Positions 1-12,445 of a stretch of 64,000 nt of DNA are shown here, one piece after another. Source of the DNA: Chiloscyllium plagiosum (Eukaryota); assembly GCF_004010195.1 (NCBI RefSeq), contig NC_057756.1, positions 2,404,007-2,468,006 of the forward strand, read 5' to 3'. The position numbers and the translations under genes are program-made. The notes below the pieces were generated by a model. It saw nothing but the letters and a program-made list of their open reading frames with translations. It did no database searches and was not told where the DNA came from. Each line of letters opens with the position of its first letter. Within the stretch, counting starts at the first letter, position 1.

Positions 1-296
1 TACCTGCATTACCGAAAGGATTCACACCTTAGTTAAACATGATACATATACTAGCTCAGGGAATCATAATTTAAATGGAAATGAAATTAGAATCATATTA
101 ACGATCAACAGAAAATGCACAATGCTACGACACGGGTGTGAATGCCTTTGTTAATTAAATTAAACGTCCAGAAAAGTTCTCTTCACCTCGTAATCTGATA
201 AAATAAATGAGTCGCAGGGAACTCTAAAATTTCTTAACTTAACGAAAAAAGATCAATTCATTCTTTAGCTCTAGAAATAAACAACAAACAACTATT

Positions 297-450
297 GAGA
301 AAAGGTGAGCACTGCATATGCTGGAGATCAGAGTCAAAGAGTGCGTGCTAGAAAAGCAGAGCCGGTCAGGCGGCATCTGAGAAGCATGAGTTTCGACGTT
401 TCGAGCATAACCTCTTCATCAGAAAGAGCTCATTCCACATGAAGAACTTA
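297..450 (-). mobile_element. Penelope pLTR 3' fragment (family 1) inserted in the LTR, with a short fold-back arm
   Basis: gagaaaggtgagcactgcatatgctggagatcagag... is homologous to the end of the Penelope element at 46465-46600; 429-450 (ctcattccacatgaagaactta) resembles the same repeat in opposite orientation. Confidence 0.75.
395..422 (-). ncRNA. Minimal hammerhead ribozyme motif
   Basis: Minus strand reads CTGATGA-a-gag-gttatg-ctc-GAAAC-GTC: both core boxes, short stem II, GUC cleavage triplet. Confidence 0.65.
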
Positions 451-1419
451 TTAAAATCGCATCAAATTAATTTCAAAAGCATAGAGCGGCATTCGACGTC
501 AGTATCTGTCTTATTGCCGCTGAATATCTCCCTGGATGGTCTTCTTTCTTTTAACTCATATTTATTACATGAAAAGCTAGGTTTGAGAGACAATCTTTGG
601 ATATGACTCGATGACAGCTACTTTCCATGTCAGTTACGCTTTGATTGCATTTACTCTTGCCGCGGCTGTTACTTTGTCTGATTTCAAAATGATTGCCCTT
701 TTTTAATCCCCCAACATTGGATTGTCTCATTGGTTACTGTTGGCAAATCACGAAATTCAAACTCGATTGGGTTTTAATACCCTGGGCATAATTTAAATTG
801 ACTTATTGTATTCGAATTGTTGTCAAACCAGCAACAATCTCAGGGACCTATTTCACAACTAAACGATACATATTTTCAATTTTTCAGTACATCTGAGACT
901 GCACGTTAGGCATTTGACAAGTACTTGCAAGTTCTCAGAGCATTCTCTATTAAAAGTATAATACAGACCTTCAAATTCATATCACCTCCCACTTAAGAGA
1001 AGCATATAGCATTAAATTCAAAAGAAAGGTTCATTTCTATTCTGATTCTTACTCCCATTACAATGAGATATATATTTAATTAGTCTATGCTCATCTTAAC
1101 TTCTGCACATACATATGTAACATCGGTATGTGTTCAATTGTACCTACACTTTAATGTTCAAATCTGCAATATCACATTTGCTATCACATGTTTTCAAATC
1201 GTAAAATGTACTGTTTCGAAAGTAAGTATCCTTGCCATATGATGGCAACGAGATCATATTATATTTTGTCTTTAAATCATTCCAAGTGTTTGGACATAGC
1301 CAACCATTCAAAACATTCTTAAGCAGGCAGCCCCAGACAACAACTTTGCAATTTGTTTCAGTAAGTGTGCAGTGAACATTACCCGGAGTAAGTTAATTGG
1401 GTTGACTCTTAGATTTTAA

Positions 1420-1606
1420 GGAGAAAGTGAGGTCTGCAGATGCTGGAGATCAGAGCTGGAAATGTGTTGCTGGAAAAGCGCAGCAGGTCAGGCAGCATCC
1501 AGGGAACAGGCGATTTCCTGAAGAAGGGCTTATGCCCGAAACGTCGGTGCTCCTGTTCCCTGGATGCTGCCTGACCTGCTCCGCTTTTCCAGCAACACAT
1601 TTCCAG
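1420..1606. mobile_element. Penelope pLTR-derived fold-back hairpin insertion with 14-bp TSD
   Basis: Inverted arms 1452-1510 and 1552-1610 (59 bp, one mismatch seen); direct repeat ctcttagattttaa at 1406-1419 and 1607-1620. Confidence 0.9.
1518..1545 (+). ncRNA. Minimal hammerhead ribozyme motif in the hairpin loop
   Basis: CTGAAGA-a-GGGC-ttat-GCCC-GAAAC-GTC; perfect 4-bp stem II. Confidence 0.8.
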
Positions 1607-4600
1607 CTCTTAGATTTTAAAACAGACAAAACATTATTCACAAAATTACACAACCAAACATAGGGAACAGAATAAAGAAACGCTACAGATCGCAATCTAT
1701 GCAAACGTGACAAAATTATGCTGTTCCGAATTCACACAACAGTCCCAAAAGCAAACTCCATCTAAATCCTGTGTAAATTGAACACATGCTTGCAAGTTGA
1801 AGTTGAAGGGCGGAAAGAGAGAGAGTTTCCACACAGCTCACTGTTGAACTTCTGACTAGCTCAAGATTATACTAAGTTGCTTATCTCAGCAAGAGAGGTG
1901 GCCACATTCCTTTTTTATAAATAATTTGTAAAATATGACCAGTTTGGCCTGGAGTCTCACCAGTTTACGTATAAACAAAAGGTCTCTCAAAACTCATTTG
2001 ATTTCTGCACGAAACCAGACTGACCCGAGCATTGCCTGGTTTATTTCCCCTCTGAAAACCATCAAGGATAGTGTATACTTTAACCAAGGAATAGCTCTTA
2101 GCCAAAAAAGGGACTAGCTTTGTGACACATGAATATTAGTGGATTGTGATCACTGCACCTAGCGGTCCGTGGTATGTTTTATTTGTCATCACTTAAGCAT
2201 CAATGTGTTGTAAGGTCAGCACCAAAATCAATGTTTCCTTCCCGGTGGTAGAGTATTTTCTCTGGCATGTGTTGGATTTCCTTGAACATCTGCCAATTTG
2301 CTGTTCAACTGTATCATCATATTCCTGCTCCTATACTGCCAGCATCGATTGCAACGTTGACGTTTTTGAATTAAAATGTTTGTAGCTTAAAACAGTGTGA
2401 TGATTAAAAGTGCTTTAAATTGACAAATGCCTCCTGGCAATCTTCTGTCCACCGACAATTTATTTTCTTCTTCAATAAATCTGTTGAATATGAAACTTGA
2501 TTGCTGAAGTTTGAAACAAACTTCCGGTTGATTCTGCATAGTCCCAAAAATTGAACACCTCGTTCTTTGAGGATGTCTGTGGAAATACTTTGATGTAATT
2601 CATCTGGCAGTCCTTCTGGTCACCCATCCGTGACCGATGCTATGTCCGAAGAATGTCACTTCTGCCTTCGCAAATTCTGTTTTTCCAAAGTATATACAAG
2701 TTTTGCTTCACATAAATATTCAGAGATGTCTGCCAACTGTACGATGTGACCTTTTTATGACTCGCTAAAGATCACTACATCATTCAGATTAACTGCTCAG
2801 TTTGTTAACTCAGCCACAACTCTGGTCATGAGTATTTGGAAAGTGGCTGGTGTGTACCTCATTCCAGTGATCTTCACTTTACATTCGTATGGCCCATTTG
2901 GGGTTACAAACGCAGAAACGTCTTTCACTTTCTCTAATAAAGCTAAATGCCAATAAGCGCACTGTAATTCCAACTTGATGATGTATCTGACTTGTCCAAA
3001 TTTCTCTGTACAGTCTTACAATCTTGATCTTGGATGTGAATGCGAATTTGTTATGGTTTTGACCTTCTTATAGTCCACGCAAAATCGTTGAGTCCCATCA
3101 GGTTTGGGAACTAACACGATTGGCGAAATCCACTCACACGGACACAGCTCAATATAGTCTTTGTTGAGGTTTGCGTCCACATCGTTCTGGATCTGTGTAG
3201 ATGTGAAAGGATTAAGTCTTTTAGGGTGTCCTTTTATTGGAGCAGCCTTCCATACTTATACCTCATGTCCAATAGCATGATTTTTCAAAATCTTATTCCT
3301 GCATATGACCTCATACTGCTGCAATAAACCTTTCAACTGGGCTTTTTGTTTTGCTCCTGAGACAGATAGCCCATTAAATTATCGCACTCCTCATGGACTT
3401 CCTCATTGTTCAACGCATTTTGAGGTACGTCAAACTCCACGAAATCTAGATTTGATTCCTCACTCTGCGGGGCAGTGTCCAACATCTGTTTCTCCTGTTC
3501 CCTAAATCTACTATATTAAGTTTTCGACATATTCCCATGACATAGCCGATACAGTTCTTTCTTTCATGTCCAACATCTTCACCAGACAATGTACCCTATT
3601 TATTTTTTCTCAATTCAATAGGGTCCACTAAAACTGGCTTTGAAGGTGTCTGGTAACACTGGTAACAATATTAATATTTCGACCCGCGGGAAAGTCCCAA
3701 CTTTAGAGTTATTACCTGCGACCTGCTACATTCTATGATGTGTTGCCTTCAGTTGCTATTTTGTAAACTCAACTACCTTAATTAATCTCTCGATCATCTC
3801 TGGTGCGTAATAAAATGTGAGATATCTGAATTCAATCCTGTCAAATTCACTTGAATTAATTTCACAGGCCCTCTCACTTTATTAACCGAATGTTGACTGA
3901 AGGGATTAATCAGATTTGATATGTTTGGAGCATTTCTAATGGCAAGCAATACGAATGGGATACCTTTATCCCAATAGTTCTGCTAAACATGACAGTACGC
4001 TCTTAACATTGTCTTCAGGATCTGATGTCAATTACCAAAGCTCACTGAGATTCAGGATGGTGTGCACTTGATTTAAAGTGCTATATGCCTCAGCTATCCA
4101 TGACGTCATTAAACAGCATATCAGTAAAATAATAGCCTTAGTCTGATTAAATCTCTCTAGGTTGTCCATACCGCGTGAAGAAAACTAATAAATGCACAAT
4201 CATACTTTTTTACCTTCATACTCCATAAAGGAATTCCCTGCAGAAATCTGGTAGGCACATGCGTTAAGGGTAGTAAGTACTGATTCACTCTTTTAATTTT
4301 TGGGAAGTGGACGGAACAATCAAGCATAATCCTCGTGACACGTTCTTTGAATGCGGGAATTGGCAACAAAAGTACTGGTTTTATTATTTCATGTGGCTTA
4401 CCTACCATTTGGCATCTATTGAGCAAAAGGCAACCGCATCCTTGTGCATTTCAGGCCAATCAAATTAGTTTGTACCTTAGCCAGAGTCTTCCTCAAACCC
4501 AGGTGACCTCCTACTGGTAAATCACGTGCTACTGTTTCACTTACGGTCTGTATGCTAACGGCAGTTTTATATATATGTATGCTTTAAGCCCATTAACCAT

Positions 4601-4923
4601 TCAGGACTAATTGGCTCTGCCTCACTCTCTGCCTGTTCAGCTTTTTCCTGTACTTTTACATCAAATAGTATGTCCGCCAACTGAACCTCACCTTATTTGT
4701 TTTTATATTTGGATTTTGGTTTGTGGTGTGATTGCTTATAGTGGGATCTTGTTACTACACAGACTGGAAAAGTGCCAGACTATATATTTTCTTTTAACTT
4801 CTCAGTTCCCTCGACTTCATTTGGCTTTTCCACGACGACAAAAAAATACTCCCACGTTGAATCCTGTTAATTCGTTCCCAATAACAAACATTATTCCTGG
4901 AACTGATACTCTGTCAACCATGC

Positions 4924-5049
4924 GAAAGTGAGTACTGCAGATGCTGGAGATGAGAGCCAAGAGTGTGGTGCCAGAAAAGCACAGTAGGTCTGGCAGCATC
5001 CAAGAAGCACAAATGTTGACATTTCAGGCTAAAGTCCTTCATCAGTAAT
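4924..5049 (-). mobile_element. Penelope pLTR 3' fragment (family 1) with decayed hammerhead motif at 5018-5045
   Basis: gaaagtgagtactgcagatgctggag...; minus strand CTGATGAaggactttagcctGAAATGTC. Confidence 0.75.
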
Positions 5050-6318
5050 CCTGTTTTGTTTGGTACTGTAGAATCTACCCTTCCTCCAATTTCTATCCCT
5101 CAAAGTACGCTATTCTTGCCATATGCTAAATTTTGCCTGATGCACTCGTGCATATTCATCTTCAACCTCGGATGCTCTTCTCACTTCTGGAGCTTCCAGT
5201 TGAATTATTATCATCACTGGAAGTGAGATTTTTTTTAAAAATTCCACCAGCAGAACAAAGGATATCACGCCTCATAAGTCTATTTTTTTAAAATCCCACA
5301 AACATCTATCAATATTACTATGCTTAGTCCTTTCTAATTCAACATAAGTCTGACCTGATTGCTTCCTTTTCTTTCTCAAGCTGTATATACGTTTCTGGAA
5401 CCAATTCACCAGCACAGAAAATAACCTTTTTGACATCTGCATAATCACTTGACCCCTCATCTGACAGCGCTGCAAATAGCTCAGTCTCTCTGCTTGCCAG
5501 GTTAGTCAGAAATAGCATTACCCACAACTGTTCTTACCAATCCGTCTGCCCTGCCGACTCTTGAAATGGAATAAAGAAGGCTTTGACAAATTTTTCATTA
5601 AAATGTGGCAATTTTTTAACGTATTTGCATGCATCACTACCTTTTATCTTCTTCTCCCTCTTGTCAGATTGACTTTCTTGATTAATTCGCAACATCTGAA
5701 GATCAAATTCTCTCTCCCTTTCTCTTTCTCTTTTTCCTCGCTGTAATGGCTTAGCAGAACGTTTTCTGTCTGTTTCTTTTTCCACTCTGTCATCCTCTTG
5801 CTTTCTCTTTGCCTCTTCCTCTGCTTCTCTCTCTCTCTTCTCTGATGACTTTTTTCCCACTCTTTATCTTCTGACTCGATATGCCCCGATTGTAATTTAC
5901 TACACCTACTGCACCTGTCTGTTTCTGTAATACACCTACATGTGTGACTAAATTCCTTACAATTTTAGCTTCCATTTTGTCCATGGTTAGACCTTATTCT
6001 AACCTTTCTGCTAATTCTACAAATTTGGCCTTCTTCCGTCTTTCTAAACTTTCTTAACAAATTTGGGAATCATCTTCAAACCCCAGAAACTATGTTATAG
6101 TCCTAAACGACATTCCTCTCTCTTTTACATTCAACAACTGCAAATAATCGAAATTATACAAGTTGACACACCTTCGTTTTAATTAAACATCTAAGACACT
6201 AAGTGACAAGTGTTTACATCTGCTGGGATTTTTAGTACCGCAACTCTATTAAAATTTGTCTAAATCGAAGACTGGATCTGACTAAACTTGTCTAAATAAG
6301 GGACCGGAGCCCCTAAAA

Positions 6319-7086
6319 TGTTATGACATAGCAGGGATCCCCTCTGTTGGTTGAATTAAACACCCAGATAAGCTCCCCTCGCCCCGTAACTGCTAAAAAT
6401 ATCTGAGTAACAGAGAGGTCCCAAATTTCATTACGGAACGGAAATAATATCAATTTGTTGTTTAAATCTAAACGTGAACAATAAACTACTGTTCAGAACT
6501 CTTCATGGCCTTTACTTTTAATTGCTTATTATCTGCCACCTTGTATAACAATATCTTCTTTTAATAAAGATTTTATTAGAATTACATCATCTATGTAACG
6601 GCTGTCATCGTTGATGCTTTGTTCCTACAGCTGAAGTTCTCCCCTGGGTCGTTTTTTTTTCTCTTTAACTGTGAATATTTTCATATCTAAATGTACCTTT
6701 TATAGAGAGTGTTTGTGTATGTTTCGATGGGCAGTTACTCTCCATGGTAACTGCTCTTTCAATGCATTTACTCTGCGTGATGTTCGAAATGCCTGCCTTA
6801 TTTATCCCTTCAGCATTGGATTGTTTCATTGGTTTAATGTTGGGGAAACAGACTCTAAATGGATTCGGTATCGTGTGACATAATTTGAATTGATTGCTTA
6901 GATTCGAAATGCTGCTAAAACAGAAACCTTCTCAAATCTCTTTTCAAAGCGAAATGTTGCATATTTTCCATTTTGCAGTAAACTCTGAGACTTCTAGACA
7001 GTTATATGGCACGTGCTTGACAGCGCTTAGTAAAAAAAAACAGCAATCAATCTCTATTTAAGGTACACGTCTTCATCTTCATAACA
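6319..7086 (-). repeat. 5' LTR of Gmr1-like element
   Basis: tgttatga...tcataaca terminal inverted repeat; similarity to the other LTR copies in the window. Confidence 0.75.
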
Positions 7087-8077
7087 ATAGCCCCATTAAG
7101 ATTAGAAATCTGATAGGTCAGCAGGTGCCATTTGGTTTCCTTCCAAATTCTTTGCGGATTTTGCATTTGAATTGGCATGTTTCTCATCTGTAAAGATTAT
7201 CTAAAGCAACTAAAGGAATATATCTGTTAATATTTACCGACTAAGAATTAAAAAAAAATACAATGCACGTAAATTCTCCTTTAACAGATCAGAGGACATT
7301 CTAGTTGCCGTTCAGTAGGACAGGGCAAAGCATTTTTAAATTTTAAGTAATGTCATGGAGAATTGCGAACGATTCCACAAGGGAAACTATGCGTGACACA
7401 CTTAATGAAGCTACTTGTATTCAAATCCAGAATTTCGAATGTATGCAAAACAGACAAAAAAATATGTGCAGCAAAGTTATTGCATTGCAGATAGCAAAGC
7501 TAAGGTGTGGTCTCCTTATGTGGAATTAATACGTTTCAGCATGGAATTGGAGATAATCTGATATTTGTGCGAGATGTTGGACTCATTAATGATAGCTTGA
7601 GACGTCCTCAAAAAAATAAGTTAAATAGAACACAGGCAAACTAGAGGCAAACTTATTACATGAGCAGCATTCAACTCATGTTTCTGACATAGAAGTATTG
7701 TCACAATTGTGTTGCATTTCCAAAATGCATGGATGCACATAGGCACATTTTGGAACGCTTTTTTATTCTTCGTTTTTGATAAAAAAACAATGAGAATTAT
7801 GCCCCATCTCCCTCCAGATATTTATCTCTTATTTGTAGACACTGATCAACAGCAGATTTTGTTTCAGCGTTCACATTATTTACAGACACTACAGTCCCAA
7901 ATGCGCTGGCAATGAATTCAATGTCGTCAGATTTGCAATTTAGTCCACTTGTATATGCTCGAAGACACATAACTCGTTTGTGTAGGGAACAGGCAAAGAG
8001 CAAGACAGGACTATTCGCAGATATAAAAAACAAACACTCAAAAACAATCTCACTCTATTGCAAATGCACAAACTGAA

Positions 8078-8163
8078 ATACACATGTGTGCACGCACGCA
8101 CACACACACATACGTACACACACACTAACATACGCAGACACAAAGACACACACATGCACATAC
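8078..8163. repeat. Imperfect (CA)n microsatellite
   Basis: Direct reading. Confidence 0.9.
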
Positions 8164-8839
8164 AAAAACGCCTTATGTTGTGTCAACTGAATGACATTAC
8201 TGGAAGCCATTTGAGACTTTATTCCTTAGGGTAATATCTTCACTATTCATTGTCATCTACTATGGCTTACATTTGTTTCATGTGCACTTGCATGCTCTTA
8301 GACATTGTCTGACAGCAGTACATTAAGTGTGAACACCTCTACAATTTGAATTCCTATTAGGGACATTATCTGAGTCAATACAAGAAACAAATATTATTCC
8401 CATTTTCACCTGTATTTTCGCAATTGTTTGCAAGTGATAAGCCCCTTAAAGAAATATACTTTGTTTTATTAGAAATGTGCAAAGCTCACCGTTGGTGGAG
8501 GTGACAGGAAAGTTAATGTTATATTTCCTCAAACACCTCCAATGAACGAAAGTGAGATCCCTCAATGTAATGTGGAGGGATTCACTAAATATCGTTTTTG
8601 TGGCAGGGAAAAGAAATGCAAGTAATTTTAATTTAAGGGCTGCTGCTTTCAGGAGCCATGCACAGCGTGATTATTTAGTTTTAAGAGTACCATTTTCTCT
8701 GTTCAAATTCAGATGATAATGCTGAGTGAATCAAAGTTGTGTCGATGATTTTGTGACAGATGCGACAGAGAAATATGAATTGTGCATTTGAAAACAATGG
8801 ACAAAATATTTGTACTCTTTATCTATTATATTGTTACAG

Positions 8840-8860
8840 ATTTAAAGAAGAGCAAAGAAG
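8840..8860 (+). CDS. 21-nt heptad micro-exon, type A, (D)LKKSKE
   Basis: ttatattgttacAG|ATTTAAAGAAGAGCAAAGAAG|GTtgga; homologous to 21046 and 57552; open in phase 1. Donor is weak. Confidence 0.7.
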
Positions 8861-9266
8861 GTTGGAGCTTTCATATTTCTCTCTGATGGATATATCACAA
8901 TTTATTTAAAGTGAGTGAACACATGCTCACAGCAGTGACTAGATTGCAATGATAAATGCGCCTGGGTTTGTTTTACATTAACAAGCTCCAAGTGTAACTT
9001 TAACTATGCTCACTAGAACTTAATTGTGTACCAGGTAGATAAAGAAATGAAACATAATTTGCTGGACATATGGAATATATTTAGTTGTTTCAGAAATAGG
9101 CATTATAGTAACACATTACTAAAATTGTTATGTCGAAGGAATAAATAATCTTGCTACTCTCCCGTTTTTATTTCTGTTTCGTTCGTACTGACATGATTTT
9201 GAATTTGCTATAATTTCGAGTTGATATCGGCTGTATTAGAAATTATAATCTGGATTTCACCTTCAG

Positions 9267-9287
9267 ATCTGGTGAAGGAACAAATAG
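9267..9287 (+). CDS. 21-nt heptad micro-exon, type B, (D)LVKEQI
   Basis: tttcaccttcAG|ATCTGGTGAAGGAACAAATAG|GTaggt; phase 1. Confidence 0.8.
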
Positions 9288-10282
9288 GTAGGTACAGATA
9301 ATTTTACGAGACGAAAATANNNNNNNNNNNNNNNNNNNNNNNNNNNNNNNNNNNNNNNNNNNNNNNNNNNNNNNNNNNNNNNNNNNNNNNNNNNNNNNNN
9401 NNNNNNNNNNNNNNNNNNNNNNNNNNNNNNNNNNNNNNNNNNNNNNNNNNNNNNNNNNNNNNNNNNNNNNNNNNNNNNNNNNNNNNNNNNNNNNNNNNNN
9501 NNNNNNNNNNNNNNNNNNNNNNNNNNNNNNNNNNNNNNNNNNNNNNNNNNNNNNNNNNNNNNNNNNNNNNNNNNNNNNNNNNNNNNNNNNNNNNNNNNNN
9601 NNNNNNNNNNNNNNNNNNNNNNNNNNNNNNNNNNNNNNNNNNNNNNNNNNNNNNNNNNNNNNNNNNNNNNNNNNNNNNNNNNNNNNNNNNNNNNNNNNNN
9701 NNNNNNNNNNNNNNNNNNNNNNNNNNNNNNNNNNNNNNNNNNNNNNNNNNNNNNNNNNNNNNNNNNNNNNNNNNNNNNNNNNNNNNNNNNNNNNNNNNNN
9801 NNNNNNNNNNNNNNNNNNNTTTGTTCCAAGCAATCAAACATAATTCAATGGTTGTCTGAAGCATACAGCAAGGTATACAATTCAGATCAAAACAATCATT
9901 GACAGGAAATTCGAAAATTCTTGACTGTTAAATGGGAATAGGAGATTGTGAATAAACGCATGTGTTCAAAGTCCAATAAGATAGTCCGGAGTCACAGAGC
10001 ATGAGCTGATCATTGACATATTCGAGAAGGATTCTTTTTGGTTAGTGGTAGTGATTTCTAAAATTAGATACATGGAGACTAAGATATCGTAATTTTTTTT
10101 AAAAAGAGAGAAAGTAGGGCTTTTAGTGGAGAAGATATCCAAATAAAAACACAAAGCAAAGAGATATGGTTAGTTTTATAAAAAGTTTTGATCTGTGGAA
10201 AAACAGATGTCGTTTTTAGCGACAAGCTCACCAACTTGGCACGATGGTGACATCACTGACGTCTTGGTGTAACAGTTCATTA

Positions 10283-12445
10283 AAAATAAATATCACAGAA
10301 GATATAGAATGTCGGGAAGCTGATGGTGACAACTTGAAAAATGACAATATCACAGAGGATGAAGTGATGGATGTCTTCAAACGCATAAAGGTAGATAAAT
10401 CCCCAGGACCTGATCAGGTGTTCCCTAGAAATTGGTGGGAGTCGAGCGAAGTGATTGGTGAATTGCCAGACGACTGAATGTTGGCTAACGTGTTACCACT
10501 ATTTACGAAAGGAGATAAGAACAAGTCAGGGAACTATAGACCAGTGAGTCTGATGTCAGTAATGGTCAACCTGTTGTAGGAAATCCTGAGGTGCAGATCT
10601 AGACACCCGGGACGGGCCTCTCGGTTCCGTGATCAGTGATAGGAATCACTCGGTGTACGGTTTGCTTCAGAAAGGTTCAACAGTTTATTCCAACACTGGA
10701 CACAGGTTTGTCCAGCAACACAGAGGTTAACAGCTTCTGTGTACTTGGAGAAAACTGTGCAATTGAATTTGAGCAATAAGCCATGTTCATATGTTTCATC
10801 AGACATTGTACAACCTTAACTACAAAGGAAAACCAAGGTGACATAATGGACAGAAAGTTAACCCAATTATATATCCAAGGAAACAGTATTGTCTTATGCA
10901 CATTATCGTCTCATGCTTGTGGCTCAAGGTTAGTCAGGGTAGTCAATTAATGTCTTATGATTCATTTTATGAAGAGTTCTTTTTATGCTTTATCTTTTAA
11001 TTCAGCTAGCTCAGCAAAGCAGAAATCCATCTTCCAACCATTTTAGCACCGTATCAATCCTGAAGACATTTTGCTATGTTACTTTATTTAAAAAAAAACA
11101 ATTTTGTGGTTAATAAAAGCTAACGTAGATGTGTTGGTTCTGGCAATAACCTAAATCCCGGGTTTAGATCCTCAGAGGGCCAAAGGTACGTGTGTTTGGA
11201 AACGCAAGGATTGATTAGTGGTAGTCAACATGGTTGTGTGCGCGGAAAATGATGTCTCACAAACTTGACTGAATGTTTTGAAGAAGTAATAAAGAGGATT
11301 GATGAGGGCAGAGCGGTAGATGTGATCTATATGGACTATAGTGAGGCGTTCGACAAGGTTCCCATTAGGGAGACTATTTAGCAAGGTCTGATCTCATGGA
11401 ATACTGGGAGAACTAGGAATTTCGATCCAGAACTCGCTCAAAGGTCGACGACAGAGGGTAATGGTGGAGGGTTGTTTTTCAGACTGAATGTCTGTGATCA
11501 GTGGAATGTCACAAAAATCGATGTTGGGTCCACTTCCTTTTGTCGTTTATACAAATGATTTCGATGTAATCATAAGAAGTGTAGTTAGTACGTTTGCAGA
11601 TGACACCAAAATTGGAGGTGTAGTGGACAGGGAAGAAGGTTACGTTAGATTACAATAGGATTTTGATCAGATGGGCAATGGGCCGAGAAGTGGCAGATGG
11701 GATTTAATTTGGATAAATGCGAGGTGCTGCATTTTAGGAAAGCAAACCTTCACAGAACTTAATGGTAAGATCTGCGGAAGTGTTACTGAACAAAGAGACC
11801 TTGGAGTGCAGGTTCACAGCTGCTTGAAAGTTGAGCCACAGTTAGATAGGATAGTGAAGAAGGCGTTTGTTTGGATGTCCTTTATTGGTCAGAGTATTGA
11901 GTACATGAGTTGGGATGACATGTTGCGACTGCACTAGACATGGATTAGGCCACTTTTAGAAAGGGTTCAGAAAAAACTAACAAGGATGTTGTTAGTGTTA
12001 ATGGATTTGAACTAGAGGAATAAGCTGTACACGCTGTTGCTGCTTCCCTGGAGTGTCGGAGGCTGACGGGTGACATTTCAGATGTTTATGAAATCATGAT
12101 GGGCATGGATAGCATAAATAGAGGTTTCTCCTTGGTGTGATAGAGTAGGGAACTTGAGGGAGTAGATTTAGGGTGAGAGAGGAAAGATATAAAAGAGACC
12201 TAAGGGACAACATTATCTCGCTGACGGTAGTACGTGTATGGAATGAGCTGCTAGATGAGATGGTGGATGCTGGTACAATTGCAACATTATAAAGGCATCT
12301 TGATGGCTATAGGAAGAGGAAGGTTTGGAGGGATATGGGCCGGGTATTGGTAGGTGGGACTAGATTAGGTTGCGATATCTGTTTGGCATGGACAGGATGT
12401 ACCGAGGGTTCTGTTTCCGTGCAATACATCTCTCTGACTCTATGG
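10283..12445 (+). mobile_element. CR1 LINE ORF2 (RT) remnant through 3' tail, split by a solo LTR
   Basis: IKVDKSPGPDQVFPR; FADDTK motif near 11593; QRDLGVQVHSCLKV; tail ctctgactctatg near 12440. Confidence 0.9.
10592..11174. mobile_element. Solo LTR (583 bp) with 4-bp TSD, inside CR1
   Basis: TG..CA ends with long imperfect terminal inverted repeat (tgcagatctagacacccggga / tcccgggtttagatcctca); TSD gagg at 10588-10591 and 11175-11178. Confidence 0.8.

Larger units (their letters stand above)
123..984 (-). repeat. 3' LTR of Gmr1-like element
   Basis: tgctacgacacggg...tcatatca; similar to 6319-7086, 23382-24106 and (reversed) 50932-51647; adjacent PPT. Confidence 0.7.
1240..2127. mobile_element. 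Probable solo LTR inserted in the RNaseH region of the Gmr1-like element
   Basis: TG...CA ends (tgatggc...gtgaca), near-TSD cata/catg, interrupts RNaseH-like coding remnants. Confidence 0.45.
123..7086 (-). mobile_element. Degenerate Gmr1-like Ty3/Gypsy LTR retrotransposon (gag-INT-RT-RNaseH order) with nested insertions
   Basis: LTR-like segments 123-984 and 6319-7086 (TG..CA ends, diverged from each other); polypurine tract on minus strand at 985-1001; PBS-like sequence near 6300-6318. Minus-strand remnants: gag 5300-6100 (EREREFDLQML..KYVKKLPHFNEK), integrase 3600-4550 (LLPIPAFKERVTRIMLDC; HHPESQ*AL), RT 2600-3300 (EWISPIVLVPKPDGTQRFCVDYKKVK), RNaseH from about 2600 downward (DHNPLIF). 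Many stops and frameshifts; no matching TSD. Confidence 0.85.

Noticed and set aside
1409..1713. Overlapping ORFs such as MLPDLLRFSSNTF, repeated at 4817, 46272 and 63394
   Set aside because: Translations of the non-coding Penelope pLTR, not host proteins.
9243..9864. Long ORFs spanning N runs (also 27786-28454 and 46535-47345)
   Set aside because: Artefacts of assembly gaps translated as X.
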